This document shows positions 15,001-30,000 of a stretch of 64,000 bases of DNA, in pieces. The notes beneath the pieces are model-generated. The model was given only the letters and a program-made list of their open reading frames with translations, had not been told where the DNA came from and made no database searches. Position 1 is the first letter of the stretch. Every line of letters starts with the position of its first letter. The DNA comes from Eledone cirrhosa. Taxonomy: Eukaryota. Made by a program: the position numbers and the translations under genes. The stretch lies in NCBI GenBank assembly GCA_964016885.1, contig OZ024744.1, forward strand, positions 105,524,001 through 105,588,000, in the 5' to 3' direction.

Positions 15001-18000
15001 TGACTAGTGTGTGTCTACAGTTGTATGCCGTCTATGACTAGTCTGTGTCTACAGTCGTATGCCGTCTATGACTAGTCTGTGTCTACGGTTGTATGCCGTC
15101 TATGACTAGTCTGTGTCTACGGTTGTATGGAGTCTATGACTAGTCTGTGTCTACGGTTGTATGCCGTCTATGACTAGTCTGTGTCTACGGTTGTATGCCG
15201 TCTATGACTAATCTGTGTCTACGGTTGTATGCCGGCTATGACTAGTCTATGTCTACGGTTGTATGCCGTCTATGACTAGTCTGTGTCTACGGTTGTATGC
15301 CGTCTATGACTAGTCTGTGTCTACGGTTGTATGCAGTCTATGACTAGTCTGTGTCTACTGTTTTATGCCGTCTATGACTAGTCTGTGTGTACGGTTGTAT
15401 GCAGTCTATGACTAGTCTGTGTCTACGGTTGTATGCCGTCTATGACTAGTCTGTGTGTACGGTTGTACGCCGTCTATGACTAGTCTACAGTTGTATGCCG
15501 CCTATGACTAGTCTGTGTCTACAGTTGTATGCCGTCTATGACTAGTCTGTGTCTACGGTTGTATGCCGTCTATGACTAGTCTGTGTCTACAGTTGTATGC
15601 CGTCTATGACTTGTTTGTGTTTACGGTTGTATACCGTCTATGACTAGCCTGTGTCTACGGTTGTATGCAGTCTATGACTAGTCTGTGTCTACGGTTGTAT
15701 GCCGTCTATGACTAGTCTGTGTCTATGGTTGTATGCCGTCTATGACTAGTCTGTGTCTACAGTTGTATGCCGTCTATGACTAGTCTGTGTCTTCGGTTGT
15801 ATGCCGTCTATGACTAGTCTGTGTCTACGGTTGTATGCCGTCTATGACTAGTCTGTGTCTACAGTTGTATGCCGTCTATGACTAGTCTGTGTCTACGGTT
15901 GTATGCCGCCTATGACTATTCTGTGTCTATGGTGGTATGCCGTCTATGACTAGTCTGTGTCTACGGTTGTACGCCGTCTATGACTAGTCTGATCCACGGT
16001 TGTATGCCGTCTATGACTAGTCTGATCCACGGTTGTATGCCGTCTATGACTAGTCTGTGTCTTCAGTTGTATGCCGTTTATGACTAGTCTGTGTGTACGG
16101 TTGTATGCCGTCTATGACTAGTCTGTGTCTACGGCTGTGTGCCGTCTATGACTAGTCTGTGTCTACGGTTGTATGCCGTCTATGTCTAGTCTGTGTCTAC
16201 AGTTGTATGCCGTCTATGACTAGTCTGTGTCTACAGTTGTATACCGTCTATGACTTGTCTATGTCTACAGTTGTATGCCGTCTATGACTAGTCTGTGTCT
16301 ACGGTTGTATGCCGTCTATGACTAGTCTGTGTCTACGGTTGTATGCCGTCTATGACTAGTCTGTGTCTACGGTTGTATGCTGTCTATGACTAGTCTGTGT
16401 CTACTGCTGTGTGCAGTCTATGACTAGTCTGTGTCTACGGTTGTATGCAGGCTATGACTAGTCATTGTCTACGGTTGTATGCAGGCTATAACTAGTCTGT
16501 GTCTACGGTTGTATGCCGTCTATGACTAGTCTGTTTGTACGGTTGTATGCCGTCTATGACTAGTCTGTGTCTACGGTTGTATGCCGTCTATGACTAGTCT
16601 GTGTCTACGGTTGTATGCTGTCTATGACTAGTCTGTGTCTACTGCTGTGTGCAGTCTATGACTAGTCTGTGTCTACGCTTGTATGCAGGCTATGACTAGT
16701 CATTGTCTACGGTTGTATGCAGGCTATAACTAGTCTGTGTCTACAGTTGTTTGCCGTTTATGTCTAGTCTGTGTGTACGGTTGTATGCCGTCTATGACTA
16801 GTCTGTGTCTACAGTTGTATGCCGTCTATGACTAGTCTGTGTCTACAGTTGTATGCCGTCTATGACTAGTCTGTGTCTACAGTTGTATACCGTCTATGAC
16901 TTGTCTATGTCTACAGTGGTATGCCGTCTATGACTAGTCTGTGTCTACGGTTGTATGCCGTCTATGACTAGTCTGTGTCTACGGTTATATGCCGTCTATG
17001 ACTAGTCTGTGTCTAGAGTTGTATGCCATCTATGACTAGTCTGTGTCTACTGCTGTATGCAGTCTATGACTAGTCTGTGTCTACGGTTGTATGCAGGCTA
17101 TGACTAGTCATTGTCTACGGTTGTATGCAGGCTATGACTAGTCTGTGTCTACGGTCGTATGCCGTCTATGACTAGTCTGTGTCTACGGTTGTATGCCGTC
17201 TATGACTAGTCTGTGTGTACGGTTGTATGCCGTCTATGACTAGTCAGTGTGTACGGTTGTATCCCGTCTATGACTAGTCTGTGTGTACGGTTGTATGCCG
17301 TCTATGACTAGTCTGTGTCTACGGTTGTATGCCGTCTATGACTAGTCTGTGTCTACGGTTGTATGCCATCTATGACTAGTCTGTGTGTACGGTTGTATGC
17401 CGTCTATGACTAGTCTGTGTCTACGGTTGTATGCCGTCTATGACTAGTCTGTGTCGACGGTTGTATGCCGTCTATGACTAGTCTGTGTCAACGGTTGTAT
17501 GCCGTCTATGCCTAGTCTGTGTGTACGGTTGTATGCCGTCTATGACTAGTCTGTGTCTACGGTTGTATGCCGTCTATGACTAGTCTGTGTCTACGGTTGT
17601 ATGCCGTCTATGATTAGTCTGTGTCTACGTTTGTATGCCGTCTATGACTAGTCTGAGTCTACGGTTGTATGCAGTCTATGACTAGTCTGTGTCTACGGTT
17701 GTATGCCGTCTATGACTAGTCTGTGTCTACGGTTGTATGCCGTCTATGACTAGTGTGTGTCTACAGTTGTATGCCGTCTATGACTAGTCTGTGTCTACAG
17801 TCGTATGCCGTCTATGACTAGTCTGTGTCTACGGTTGTATGCCGTCTATGACTAGTCTGTGTCTACGGTTGTATGGAGTCTATGACTAGTCTGTGTCTAC
17901 GGTTGTATGCCGTCTATGACTAGTCTGTGTCTACGGTTGTATGCCGTCTATGACTAGTCTGTGTCTACGGTTGTATGCCGGCTATGACTAGTCTATGTCT

Positions 18001-21000
18001 ACGGTTGTATGCCGTCTATGAATAGTCTGTGTCTACGGTTGTATGCCGTCTATGACTAGTCTGTGTCTACGGTTGTATGCAGTCTATGACTAGTCTGTGT
18101 CTACTGTTTTATGCCGTCTATGACTAGTCTGTGTGTACGGTTGTATGCAGTCTATGACTAGTCTGTGTCTACGGTTGTATGCCGTCTATGACTAGTCTGT
18201 GTGTACGGTTGTACGCCGTCTATGACTAGTCTACAGTTGTATGCCGCCTATGACTAGTCTGTGTCTACAGTTGTATGCCGTCTATGACTAGTCTGTGTCT
18301 ACGGTTGTATGCCGTCTATGACTAGTCTGTGTCTACAGTTGTATGCCGTCTATGACTTGTTTGTGTCTACGGTTGTATACCGTCTATGACTAGTCTGTGT
18401 CTACGGTTGTATGCAGTCTATGACTAGTCTGTGTCTACGGTTGTATGCCGTCTATGACTAGTCTGTGTCTACGGTTGTATGCCGTCTATGACTAGTCTGT
18501 GTCTACAGTTGTATGCCGTCTATGACTAGTCTGTGTCTTCGGTTGTATGCCGTCTATGACTAGTCTGTGTCTACGGTTGTATGCCGTCTATGACTAGTCT
18601 GTGTCTACAGTTGTATGCCGTCTATGACTAGTCTGTGTCTACGGTTGTATGCCGCCTATGACTATTCTGTGTCTATGGTGGTATGCCGTCTATGACTAGT
18701 CTGTGTCTACGGTTGTACGCCGTCTATGACTAGTCTGATCCACGGTTGTATGCCGTCTATGACTAGTCTGATCCACGGTTGTATGCCGTCTATGACTAGT
18801 CTGTGTCTTCAGTTGTATGCCGTTTATGACTAGCCTGTGTGTACGGTTGTATGCCGTCTATGACTAGTCTGTGTCTACGGCTGTATGCCGTCTATGACTA
18901 GTCTGTGTCTACGGTTGTATGCCGTCTATGACTAGTCTGTGTCTATTGTTGTATGCCGTCTATGACTAGTCTGTGTCTACGGTTGTATGCCGTCTATGTC
19001 TAGTCTGTGTCTACAGTTGTATGCCGTCTATGACTAGTCTGTGTCTACAGTTGTATACCGTCTATGACTTGTCTATGTCTACAGTTGTATGCCGTCTATG
19101 ACTAGTCTGTGTCTACGGTTGTATGCCGTCTATGACTAGTCTGTGTCTACGGTTGTATGCCGTCTATGACTAGTCTGTGTCTACGGTTGTATGCTGTCTA
19201 TGACTAGTCTGTGTCTACTGCTGTGAGCAGTCTATGACTAGTCTGTGTCTACGGTTGTATGCAGGCTATGACTAGTCATTGTCTACGGTTGTATGCAGGC
19301 TATAACTAGTCTGTGTCTACGGTTGTATGCCGTATATGACTAGTCTGTTTGTACGGTCGTATGCCGTCTATGACTAGTCTGTGTCTACGGTTGTATGCCG
19401 TCTATGACTAGTCTGTGTGTACGGTTGTATGCCGTCTATGACTAGTCTGTGTGTACGGTTGTATGCCGTCTATGACTAGTCCGAGTCTACGGTTGTATGC
19501 CGTCTATGACTAGTCTGTGTGTACGGTGGTATGCCGTCTATGACTAGTCTGTGTCTACGGTTGTATGCCGTCTATGACTAGTCTGTGTGTACGGTTGTAT
19601 GCCGTCTATGACTAGTCTGTGTATACGGTTGTATGCCGTCTATGACTAGTCTGTGTCTACGGTTGTATGCCGTCTATGACTAGTCTGTGTCTACAGTTGT
19701 ATGCCGTCTATGACTAGTCTGTGTCTACGGTTGTATGCCGTCTATGACTAGTCTGTGTCTACAGTTGTATGCCGTCTCTGACTAGTCTTTGTCTATGTTT
19801 GTATTCCGTCTATGACTAGTTTGTGTCTACAGTTGTATGCCGTCTATGACTAGTCTGTGTCTACGGTTGTATGCCGTCTATGACTAGTCTGTGTCTACGG
19901 TTGTATGCCGTCTATGACTAGTCTGTGTCTACAGTTGTATGCCGTCTCTGACTAGTCTGTGTCTACGGTTGTATGCCGTCTATGACTAGTCTGTGTCTAC
20001 GGTTGTATGACGTCTATGACTAGTCTGTGTCTACAGTTGTATGCCGTCTATGACTAGTCTGTGTCTACGGTTGTATCCCGTCTATGACTAGTCTGTGTCT
20101 ACAGTTGTATGCCGTCTCCGACTAGTCTGTGTCTACGGTTGTATGCCATCTATGACTAGTCTACGGTTGTATGCCATCTATGACTAGTCTACGGTTGTAT
20201 GCCGTCATTGATTAGTCTGTGTCTACGGTTGTATGCCGTCTATGACTAGTCTGTGTGTACGGTTGTATGCCGTCTATGAATAGTCTGTGTGTACGGTTGT
20301 ATGCCGTCTATGACTAGTCTGTGTGTACGGTTATATGCCGTCTATGACTAGTCTGTGTGTACGGTTGTATGCCGTCTATGACTAGTCTGTGTCTACGGTT
20401 GTATGCCGTCTATGACTAGTCTGTGTCTACGGTTGTATGCCGTCTATGACTAGTGTGTGTCTACAGTTGTATGCCGTCTATGACTAGTCTGTGTCTACAG
20501 TCGTATGCCGTCTATGACTAGTCAGTGTCTACGGTTGTATGCCGTCTATGACTAGTCTGTGTCTACGGTTGTATGCCGTCTATGACTAGTCTGTTTCTAC
20601 GGTTGTATGCCGTCTATGACTAGTCTGTGTGTACGGTTGTATGCAGTCTATGACTAGTCTGTGTCTACTGTTGTATGCCGTCTATGACTAGTCTGTGTGT
20701 ACGGTTGTATGCAGTCTATGACTAGTCTGTGTCTACGGTTGTATGCCGTCTATGACTAGTCTGTGTGTACGGTTGTATGCCGTCTATGACTAGTCTGTGT
20801 CTACAGTTGTATGCCGCCTATGACTAGTCTGTGTCTACAGTTGTATGCCGTCTATGACTATTCTGTGTCTATGGTGGTATGCCGTCTATGACTAGTCTGT
20901 GTCTACGGTTGTATGCCGTCTATGACTAGTCTGATCCACGGTTGTATGCCGTCTATGACTAGTCTGATCCACGGTTGTATGCCGTCTATGACTAGTCTGT

Positions 21001-24000
21001 GTCTTCAGTTGTATGCCGTTTATGACTAGTCTGTGTATACGGTTGTATGCCGTCTATGACTAGTCTGTGTCTACGGTTGTATGCCGTCTATGACTAGTCT
21101 GTGTGTACGGTTGTATGCCGTCTATGACTAGTCTGTGTATACGGTTGTATGCCGTCTATGACTAGTCTGTGTCTACGGTTGTATGCCGTCTATGACTAGT
21201 CTGTGTCTACAGTTGTATGCCGTCTATGACTAGTCTGTGTCTACGGTTGTATGCCGTCTATGACTAGTCTGTGTCTACAGTTGTATGCCGTCTCTGACTA
21301 GTCTGTGTTTACGGTTGTATGCCGTCTATGACTAGTTTGTATCTACGGTTGTATGCCGTCTATGACTAGTCTGTGTCTACGGTTGTATGCCGTCTATGAC
21401 TAGTCTGTGTCTACGGTTGTATGCCGTCTATGACTAGTCTGTGTCTACAGTTGTATGCCGTCTCTGACTAGTCTGTGTCTACGGTTGTATGCCGTCTATG
21501 ACTAGTCTGTGTCTACGGTTGTATGACGTCTATGACTAGTCTGTGTCTACAGTTGTATGACGTCTATGACTAGTCTGTGTCTACGGTTGTATGCCGTCTA
21601 TGACTAGTCTGTGTCTACAGTTGTATGCCGTCTCTGACTAGTCTGTGTCTACGGTTGTATGCCATCTATGACTAGTCTACGGTTGTATGCCATCTATGAC
21701 TAGTCTACGGTTGTATGCTGTCATTGATTAGTCTGTGTCTACGGTTGTATGCCCTCTATGACTAGTCTGTGTGTACGGTTGTATGCCGTCTATGACTAGT
21801 CTGTGTGTACGGTTGTATGCCGTCTATGACTAGTCTGTGTGTACGGTTATATGCCGTCTATGACTAGTCTGTGTGTACGGTTGTATGCCGTCTATGACTA
21901 GTCTGTGTCTACGGTTGTATGCCGTCTATGACTTGTCTGTGTCTACGGTTGTATGCCATGTATGACTAGTCTGTGTGTACGGTTGTATGCCGTCTATGAC
22001 TAGTCTGTGTCTACGGCTGTATGCCATCTATGACTAGTCTGTGTGTAATGTTGTATGCCGTCTATGACTAGTCTGTGTGTACGGTTTTCTACCGTCTATG
22101 ACTAGTCTGTGTCAACGGTTGTATGCCGTCTATGACTAGTCTGTGTCTACGGTTGTATGCCCTCTATGACTAGTCTGTGTCTACGGTTGTATGCCGTCTA
22201 TGACTAGTCTGGGTCTACTGTTGTATGCAGTCTATGACTAGTCTGTGTCTACGGTTGTATGCCGTCTATGACTAGTCTGTGTCTACGGCTGTGTGCTGTC
22301 TGTGACTAGTCTGTGTCTACGGTTGTATGCCGTCTATGACTAGTCTGTGTCTACGGTTGTATGCCTTCTATGACTAGTCTGTGTCTACGGTTGTATGCCG
22401 TCTATGATTAGTCTGTGTCTACGGTTGTATGCCGTCTATGACTAGTCTGAGTCTACGGTTGTATGCAGTCTATGACTAGTCTGTGTCTACGGTTGTATGC
22501 CGTCTATGTCTAGTCTGTGTCTACGGTTGTATGCCGTCTATGACTAGTGTGTGTCTACAGTTGTATGCCGTCTATGACTAGTCTGTGTCTACAGTCGTAT
22601 GCCGTATATGACTAGTCAGTGTCTACGGTTGTATGCCGTCTATGACTAGTCTGTTTCTACGGTTGTATGCCGTCTATGACTAGTCTGTGTGTACGGTTGT
22701 ATGCAGTCTATGACTAGTCTGTGTCTACTGTTGTATGCCGTCTATGACTAGTCTGTGTGTACGGTTGTATGCAGTCTATGACTAGTCTGTGTCTACGGTT
22801 GTATGCCGTCTATGACTAGTCTGTGTGTACGGTTGTATGCCGTCTATGACTAGTCTGTGTCTACAGTTGTATGCCGCCTATGACTAGTCTGTGTCTACAG
22901 TTGTATGCCGTCTATGACTATTCTGTGTCTATGGTGGTATGCCGTCTATGACTAGTCTGTGTCTACGGTTGTATGCCGTCTATGACTAGTCTGATCCACG
23001 GTTGTATGCCATCTATGACTAGTCTGATCCACGGTTGTATGCCGTCTATGACTAGTCTGTGTCTTCAGTTGTATGCCGTTTATGACTAGTCTGTGTATAC
23101 GGTTGTATGCCGTCTATGACTAGTCTGTGTCTACGGTTGTATGCCGTCTATGACTAGTCTGTGTGTACGGTTGTATGCCGTCTATGACTAGTCTGTGTAT
23201 ACGGTTGTATGCCGTCTATGACTAGTCTGTGTCTACGGTTGTATGCCGTCTATGACTAGTCTGTGTCTACAGTTGTATGCCGTCTATGACTAGTCTGTGT
23301 CTACGGTTGTATGCCGTCTATGACTAGTCTGTGTCTACAGTTGTATGCCGTCTCTGACTAGTCTGTGTCTACGGTTGTATGCCGTCTATGACTAGTTTGT
23401 GTCTACGGTTGTATGCCGTCTATGACTAGTCTGTGTCTACGGTTGTATGCCGTCTATGACTAGTCTGTGTCTACGGTTGTATGCCGTCTATGACTAGTCT
23501 GTGTCTACAGTTGTATGCCGTCTCTGACTAGTCTGTGTCTACGGTTGTATGCCGTCTATGACTAGTCTGTGTCTACGGTTGTATGACGTCTATGACTAGT
23601 CTGTGTCTACAGTTGTATGCCGTCTATGACTAGTCTGTGTCTACGGTTGTATGCCGTCTATGACTAGTCTGTGTCTACAGTTGTATGCCGTCTCTGACTA
23701 GTCTGTGTCTACGGTTGTATGCCATCTATGACTAGTCTACGGTTGTATGCCATCTATGACTAGTCTACGGTTGTATGCTGTCATTGATTAGTCTGTGTCT
23801 ACGGTTGTATGCCCTCTATGACTAGTCTGTGTGTACGGTTGTATGCCGTCTATGACTAGTCTGTGTGTACGGTTGTATGCCGTCTATGACTAGTCTGTGT
23901 GTACGGTTATATGCCGTCTATGACTAGTCTGTGTGTACGGTTGTATGCCGTCTATGACTAGTCTGTGTCTACGGTTGTATGCCGTCTATGACTTGTCTGT

Positions 24001-27000
24001 GTCTACGGTTGTATGCCATGTATGACTAGTCTGTGTGTACGGTTGTATGCCGTCTATGACTAGTCTGTGTCTACGGCTGTATGCCATCTATGACTAGTCT
24101 GTGTGTAATGTTGTATGCCGTCTATGACTAGTCTGTGTGTACGGTTTTCTACCGTCTATGACTAGTCTGTGTCAACGGTTGTATGCCGTCTATGACTAGT
24201 CTGTGTCTACGGTTGTATGCCCTCTATGACTAGTCTGTGTCTACGGTTGTATGCCGTCTATGACTAGTCTGGGTCTACTGTTGTATGCAGTCTATGACTA
24301 GTCTGTGTCTACGGTTGTATGCCGTCTATGACTAGTCTGTGTCTACGGTTGTGTGCTGTCTGTGACTAGTCTGTGTCTACGGTTGTATGCCGTCTATGAC
24401 TAGTCTGAGTCTACGGTTGTATGCAGTCTATGACTAGTCTGTGTCTACGGTTGTATGCCGTCTATGACTAGTCTGTGTCTACGGTTGTATGCCGTCTATG
24501 ACTAGTGTGTGTCTACAGTTGTATGCCGTCTATGACTAGTCTGTGTCTACAGTCGTATGCCGTATATGACTAGTCAGTGTCTACGGTTGTATGCCGTCTA
24601 TGACTAGTCTGTGTCTACGGTTGTATGCCGTCTATGACTAGTCTGTTTCTACGGTTGTATGCCGTCTATGACTAGTCTGTGTGTACGGTTGTATGCAGTC
24701 TATGACTAGTCTGTGTCTACTGTTGTATGCCGTCTATGACTAGTCTGTGTGTACGGTTGTATGCAGTCTATGACTAGTCTGTGTCTACGGTTGTATGCCG
24801 TCTATGACTAGTCTGTGTGTACGGTTGTATGCCGTCTATGACTAGTCTGTGTCTACAGTTGTATGCCGCCTATGACTAGTCTGTGTCTACAGTTGTATGC
24901 CGTCTATGACTATACTGTGTCTATGGTGGTATGCCGTCTATGACTAGTCTGTGTCTACGGTTGTATGCCGTCTATGACTAGTCTGATCCACGGTTGTATG
25001 CCGTCTATGACTAGTCTGATCCACGGTTGTATGCCGTCTATGACTAGTCTGTGTCTTCAGTTGTATGCCGTTTATGACTAGTCTGTGTATACGGTTGTAT
25101 GCCGTCTATGACTAGTCTGTGTCTACGGTTGTATGCCGTCTATTACTAGTCTGTGTCTACGGTTCTATGCCGTCTATGACTAGTCTGTGTCTACGGTTGT
25201 ATGCAGTCTATGACTAGTCTGTGTCTACGGTTGTATGCCGGCTATGACTAGTTTGTGTCAACGGTTGTATGCCGTCTATGACTAGTCTGTGTCTACAGTT
25301 GTATGCCGTCTATGACTAGTCTGTGTCTACAGTTGTATACCGTCTATGACTTGTCTATGTCTACAGTTGTATGCCGTCTATGACTAGTCTGTGTCTACGG
25401 TTGTATGCCGTCTATGACTAGTCTGTTTCTACGGTTGTATGCCGTCTATGACTAGTCTGTGTGTACGGTTGTATGCAGTCTATGACTAGTCTGTGTCTAC
25501 TGTTGTATGCAGTCTATGACTAGTCTGTGTCTACGGTTGTATGCAGGCTATGACTAGTCATTGTCTACGGTTGTATGCAGGCTATGACTAGTCAGTGTCT
25601 ACGGTTGTATGCCGTCTATGACTAGTCTGTTTGTACGGTTGTATGCCGTCTATGATTAGTCTGTGTGTACGGTTGTATGCCGTCTATGACTAGTCTGTGT
25701 GTACGGTTGTATGCCGTCTATGACTAGTGTGTGTCTACGGTTGTATGCCGTCTATGACTAGTCTGTGTCTACGGTTGTATGCCGTCTATGACTAGTCTGT
25801 GTCTACGGTTGTATGCCGTCTATGACTAGTCTGATCCACGGTTGTATGCCGTCTATGACTAGTCTGATCCACGGTTGTATGCCGTCTATGACTAGTCTGT
25901 GTCTTCGGTTGTATGCCGTCTATGACTAGTGTGTGTCTACGGTTGTATGCCGTCTATGAGTAGTCTGTGTCTACAGTTGTATGTCGTCTATGACTAGTCT
26001 GTGTCTACGGTTGTATGCAGTCTATGACTAGTCTGTGTCTACGGTTGTATGGCGTCTATGACTAGTCTGTGTCTACGGTTGTATGCCATCTATGACTAGT
26101 CTGTGTCTATAGTTGTATGCCATCTATGACTAGTCTGTGTCTACAGTTGTATGCCGTCTATGACTAGTCTGTGTCTACGGTTGTATGCCGTCTATGACTA
26201 GTCTGTGTGTACGGTTGTATGCCGTCTATGACTAGTCTGTGTGTACGGTTGTATGCCGTCTATGACTAGTCTGTGTGTACGGTTGTATGCCGTCTATGAC
26301 TAGTCTGTGTGTACGGTTGTATGCCGTCTCTGACTAGTCTGTGTCTACGGTTGTATGCCGTCTATAACTAGTCTGTGTCTACGGTTGTATGCCGTCTATG
26401 ACTAGTCTGTGTCTACGGTTGTATGCCGTATATGACTAGTCTGTGTGTACGGTTGTATGCCGTCTATGAATAGTTTGTGTCTACGGTTGTATACCGTCTA
26501 TGACTAGTCTGTGTCTACGGTTGTATGCCGTCTATGAGTAGTCTGTGTCTACAGTTGTACGCCGTCTATGACTAGTCTGTGTCTACGGTTGTATGCAGTC
26601 TATGACTAGTCTGTGTCTACGGTTGTATGGCGTCTATGACTAGTCTGTGTCTACAGTTGTATGCCATCTATGACTAGTCTGTGTCTACAGTTGTATGCCG
26701 TATATGACTAGTCTGTGTCTACGGTTGTATGCCGTCTATTACTAGTCTGTATCTACGGTTGAATGCCGTCTATGACTAGTCTGTGTCTACAGTTGTATGC
26801 CGCCTATGACTAGTCTGTGTCTACAGTTGTATGCCGTCTATGACTAGTCTGTGTCTACAGTTGTATACCGTCTATGACTTGTCTATGTCTACAGTTGTAT
26901 GCCGTCTATGACTAGTCTGTGTCTACGGTTGTATGCCGTCTTTGACTAGTCTGTGTCTACGGTTGTATGCCGTCTATGACTAGTCTGTGTCTACAGTTGT

Positions 27001-30000
27001 ATGCTGTCTATGACTAGTCTGTGTTTACTGCTGTATGCAGTCTATGACTAGTCTGTGTCTACGGTTGTATGCAGGCTATGACTAGTCATTGTCTACGGTT
27101 GTATGCAGGCTATGACTAGTCTGTGTCTACGGTTGTATGCCGTCTATGACTAGTCTGTGTCGACGGTTGTATGCCGTCTATGACTAGTGTGTGTCTACAG
27201 TTGTATGGCGTCTATGACTAGTCTGTGTCTACAGTCGTATGCCGTCTATGACTATCTGTGTCTACGGTTGTATGCCGTCTATGACTAGTCTGTGTCTACG
27301 GTTGTATGCCGTCTATGACTAGTCTGTTTCTACGCTTGTATGCCGTCTATGACTAGTCTGTGTGTATGGTTGTATGCAGTCTATGACTAGTCTGTGTCTA
27401 CTGTTGTATGCCGTCTATGACTAGTCTGTGTGTACGGTTGTATGCAGTCTATGACTAGTCTGTGTCTACGGTTGTATGCCGTCTATGACTAGTCTGTGTG
27501 TACGGTTGTATGCCGTCTATGACTAGTCTGTGTCTACAGTTGTATGCCGCCTATGACTAGTCTGTGTCTACAGTTGTATGCCGTCTATGACTATTCTGTG
27601 TGTATGGTGGTATGCCGTCTATGACTAGTCTGTGTCTACGGTTGTATGCCGTCTATGACTAGTCTGATCCACTGTTGTATGCCGTCTATGACTAGCCTGA
27701 TCCACGGTTGTATGCCGTCTATGACTAGTCTGTGTCTTCAGTTGTATGCCGTTTATGACTAGTCTGTGTATACGGTTGTATGCCGTCTATGACTAGTCTG
27801 TGTCTACGGTTGTATGCCGTCTATGACTAGTCTGTGTCTACGGTTGTATGCCGTCTATGACTAGTCTGTGTCTACGGTTGTATGCAGTCTATGACTAGTC
27901 TGTGTCTACGGTTGTATGCCGGCTATGACTAGTTTGTGTCAACGGTTGTATGCCGTCTATGACTAGTCTGTGTCTACAGTTGTATGCCGTCTATGACTAG
28001 TCTGTGTCTACGGTTGTATACCGTCTATGACTTGTCTATGTCTACAGTTGTATGCCGTCTATGACTAGTCTGTGTCTACGGTTGTATGCCTTCTATGACT
28101 AGTCTGTGTCTACGGTTGTATGCCGTCTATGACTAGTCTGTGTCTACGGTTGTATGCTGTCTATGACTAGTCTGTGTCTACTGCTGTATGCAGTCTATGA
28201 CTAGTCTGTGTCTACGGTTGTATGCAGGCTATGACTAGTCATTGTCTACGGTTGTATGCCGTCTATGACTAGTCTGTTTGTACGGTTGTATGCCGTCTAT
28301 GACTAGTCTGTGTGTACGGTTGTATGCCGTCTATGACTAGTCTGTGTCTACGGTTGTATGGCGTCTATGACTAGTCTGTGTCTACGGTTGTATGCCATCT
28401 ATTACTAGTCTGTGTCTACAGTTGTATGCCATCTATGACTAGTCTGTGTCTACAGTTGTATGCCGTCTATGACTAGTCTGTGTCTACGGTTGTATGCCGT
28501 CTATGACTAGTCTGTGTGTACGGTTGTATGCCGTCTACGACTAGTCTGTGTGTACGGTTGTATGCCGTCTATGACTACTCTGTGTGTACGGTTGTATGCC
28601 GTCTATGACTAGTCTGTGTGTACGGTTGTATGCCGTCTCTGACTAGTCTGTGTCTACGGTTGTATGCCGTCTATGACTAGTCTGTGTCTACGGTTGTATG
28701 CCGTCTATGACTAGTCTGTGTCTACGGTTGTATGCCGTATATGACTAGTCTGTGTGTACGGTTGTATGCCGTCTATGAATAGTTTGTGTCTACGGTTGTA
28801 TACCGTCTATGACTAGTCTGTGTCTACGGTTGTATGCCGTCTATGAGTAGTCTGTGTCTACAGTTGTATGCCGTCTATGACTAGTTTGTGTCTACGGTTG
28901 TATGCAGTCTATGACTACTCTGTGTCTACGGTTGTATGGCGTCTATGACTAGTCTGTGTCTACAGTTGTATGCCATCTATGACTAGTCTGTGTCTACAGT
29001 TGTATGCCGTCTATGACTAGTCTGTGTCTACGGTTGTATGCCGTCTATGACTAGTCTTTATCTACGGTTGTATGCCGTCTATGACTAGTCTGTGTCTGCA
29101 GTTGTATGCCGCCTATGACTAGTCTGTGTCTACAGTTGTATGCCGTCTATGACTAGTCTGTGTCTACAGTTGTATGCCGTCTATGAATAGTTTGTGTCTA
29201 CGGTTGTATACCGTCTATGACTAGTCTGTGTCTACGGTTGTATGCAGTCTATGCCTAGTCTGTGTCTACGATTGTATGCCGTCTATGACTAGTCTGTGTC
29301 TACGGTTGTATGCCGTCTATGACTAGTTTGTGTCTACAGTTGTATGCCGTCTATGACTAGTCTGTGTCTTCGGTTGTATGCCGTCTATGACTAGTCTGTG
29401 TCTACAGTTGTATACCGTCTATGACTTGTCTATGTCTACAGTTGTATGCCGTCTATGACTAGTCTGTGTCTACGGTTGTATGCCGTCTATGACTAGTCTG
29501 TGTCTACGGTTGTATGCCGTCTATGACTAGTCTGTGTCTACAGTTGTATGCTGTCTATGACTAGTCTGTGTCTACTGCTGTATGCAGTCTATGACTAGTC
29601 TGTGTCTACGGTTGTATGCAGGCTATAACTAGTCATTGTCTACGGTTGTATGCAGGCTATCACTAGTCTGTGTCTACGGTTGTATGCCGTCTATGACTAG
29701 TCTGTTTGTACGGTTGTATGCCGTCTATGACTAGTCTGTGTGTGCGGTTGTATGCCGTCTATGACTAGTCTGTGTGTACGGTTGTATGCCGTCTATGACT
29801 AGTCTGTGTGTACGGTTGTATGCCGTCTATGACTAGTCTGTGTCTACGGTTGTATGCCGTCTATGACTGTCTGATCCACGGTTGTATGCCGTCTATGACT
29901 AGTCTGATCCACGGTTGTATGCCGTCTATGACTAGTCTGTGTCTTCGGTTGTATGCCGTCTATGACTAGTCTGTGTTTACGGTTGTATGCAGTCTATGAC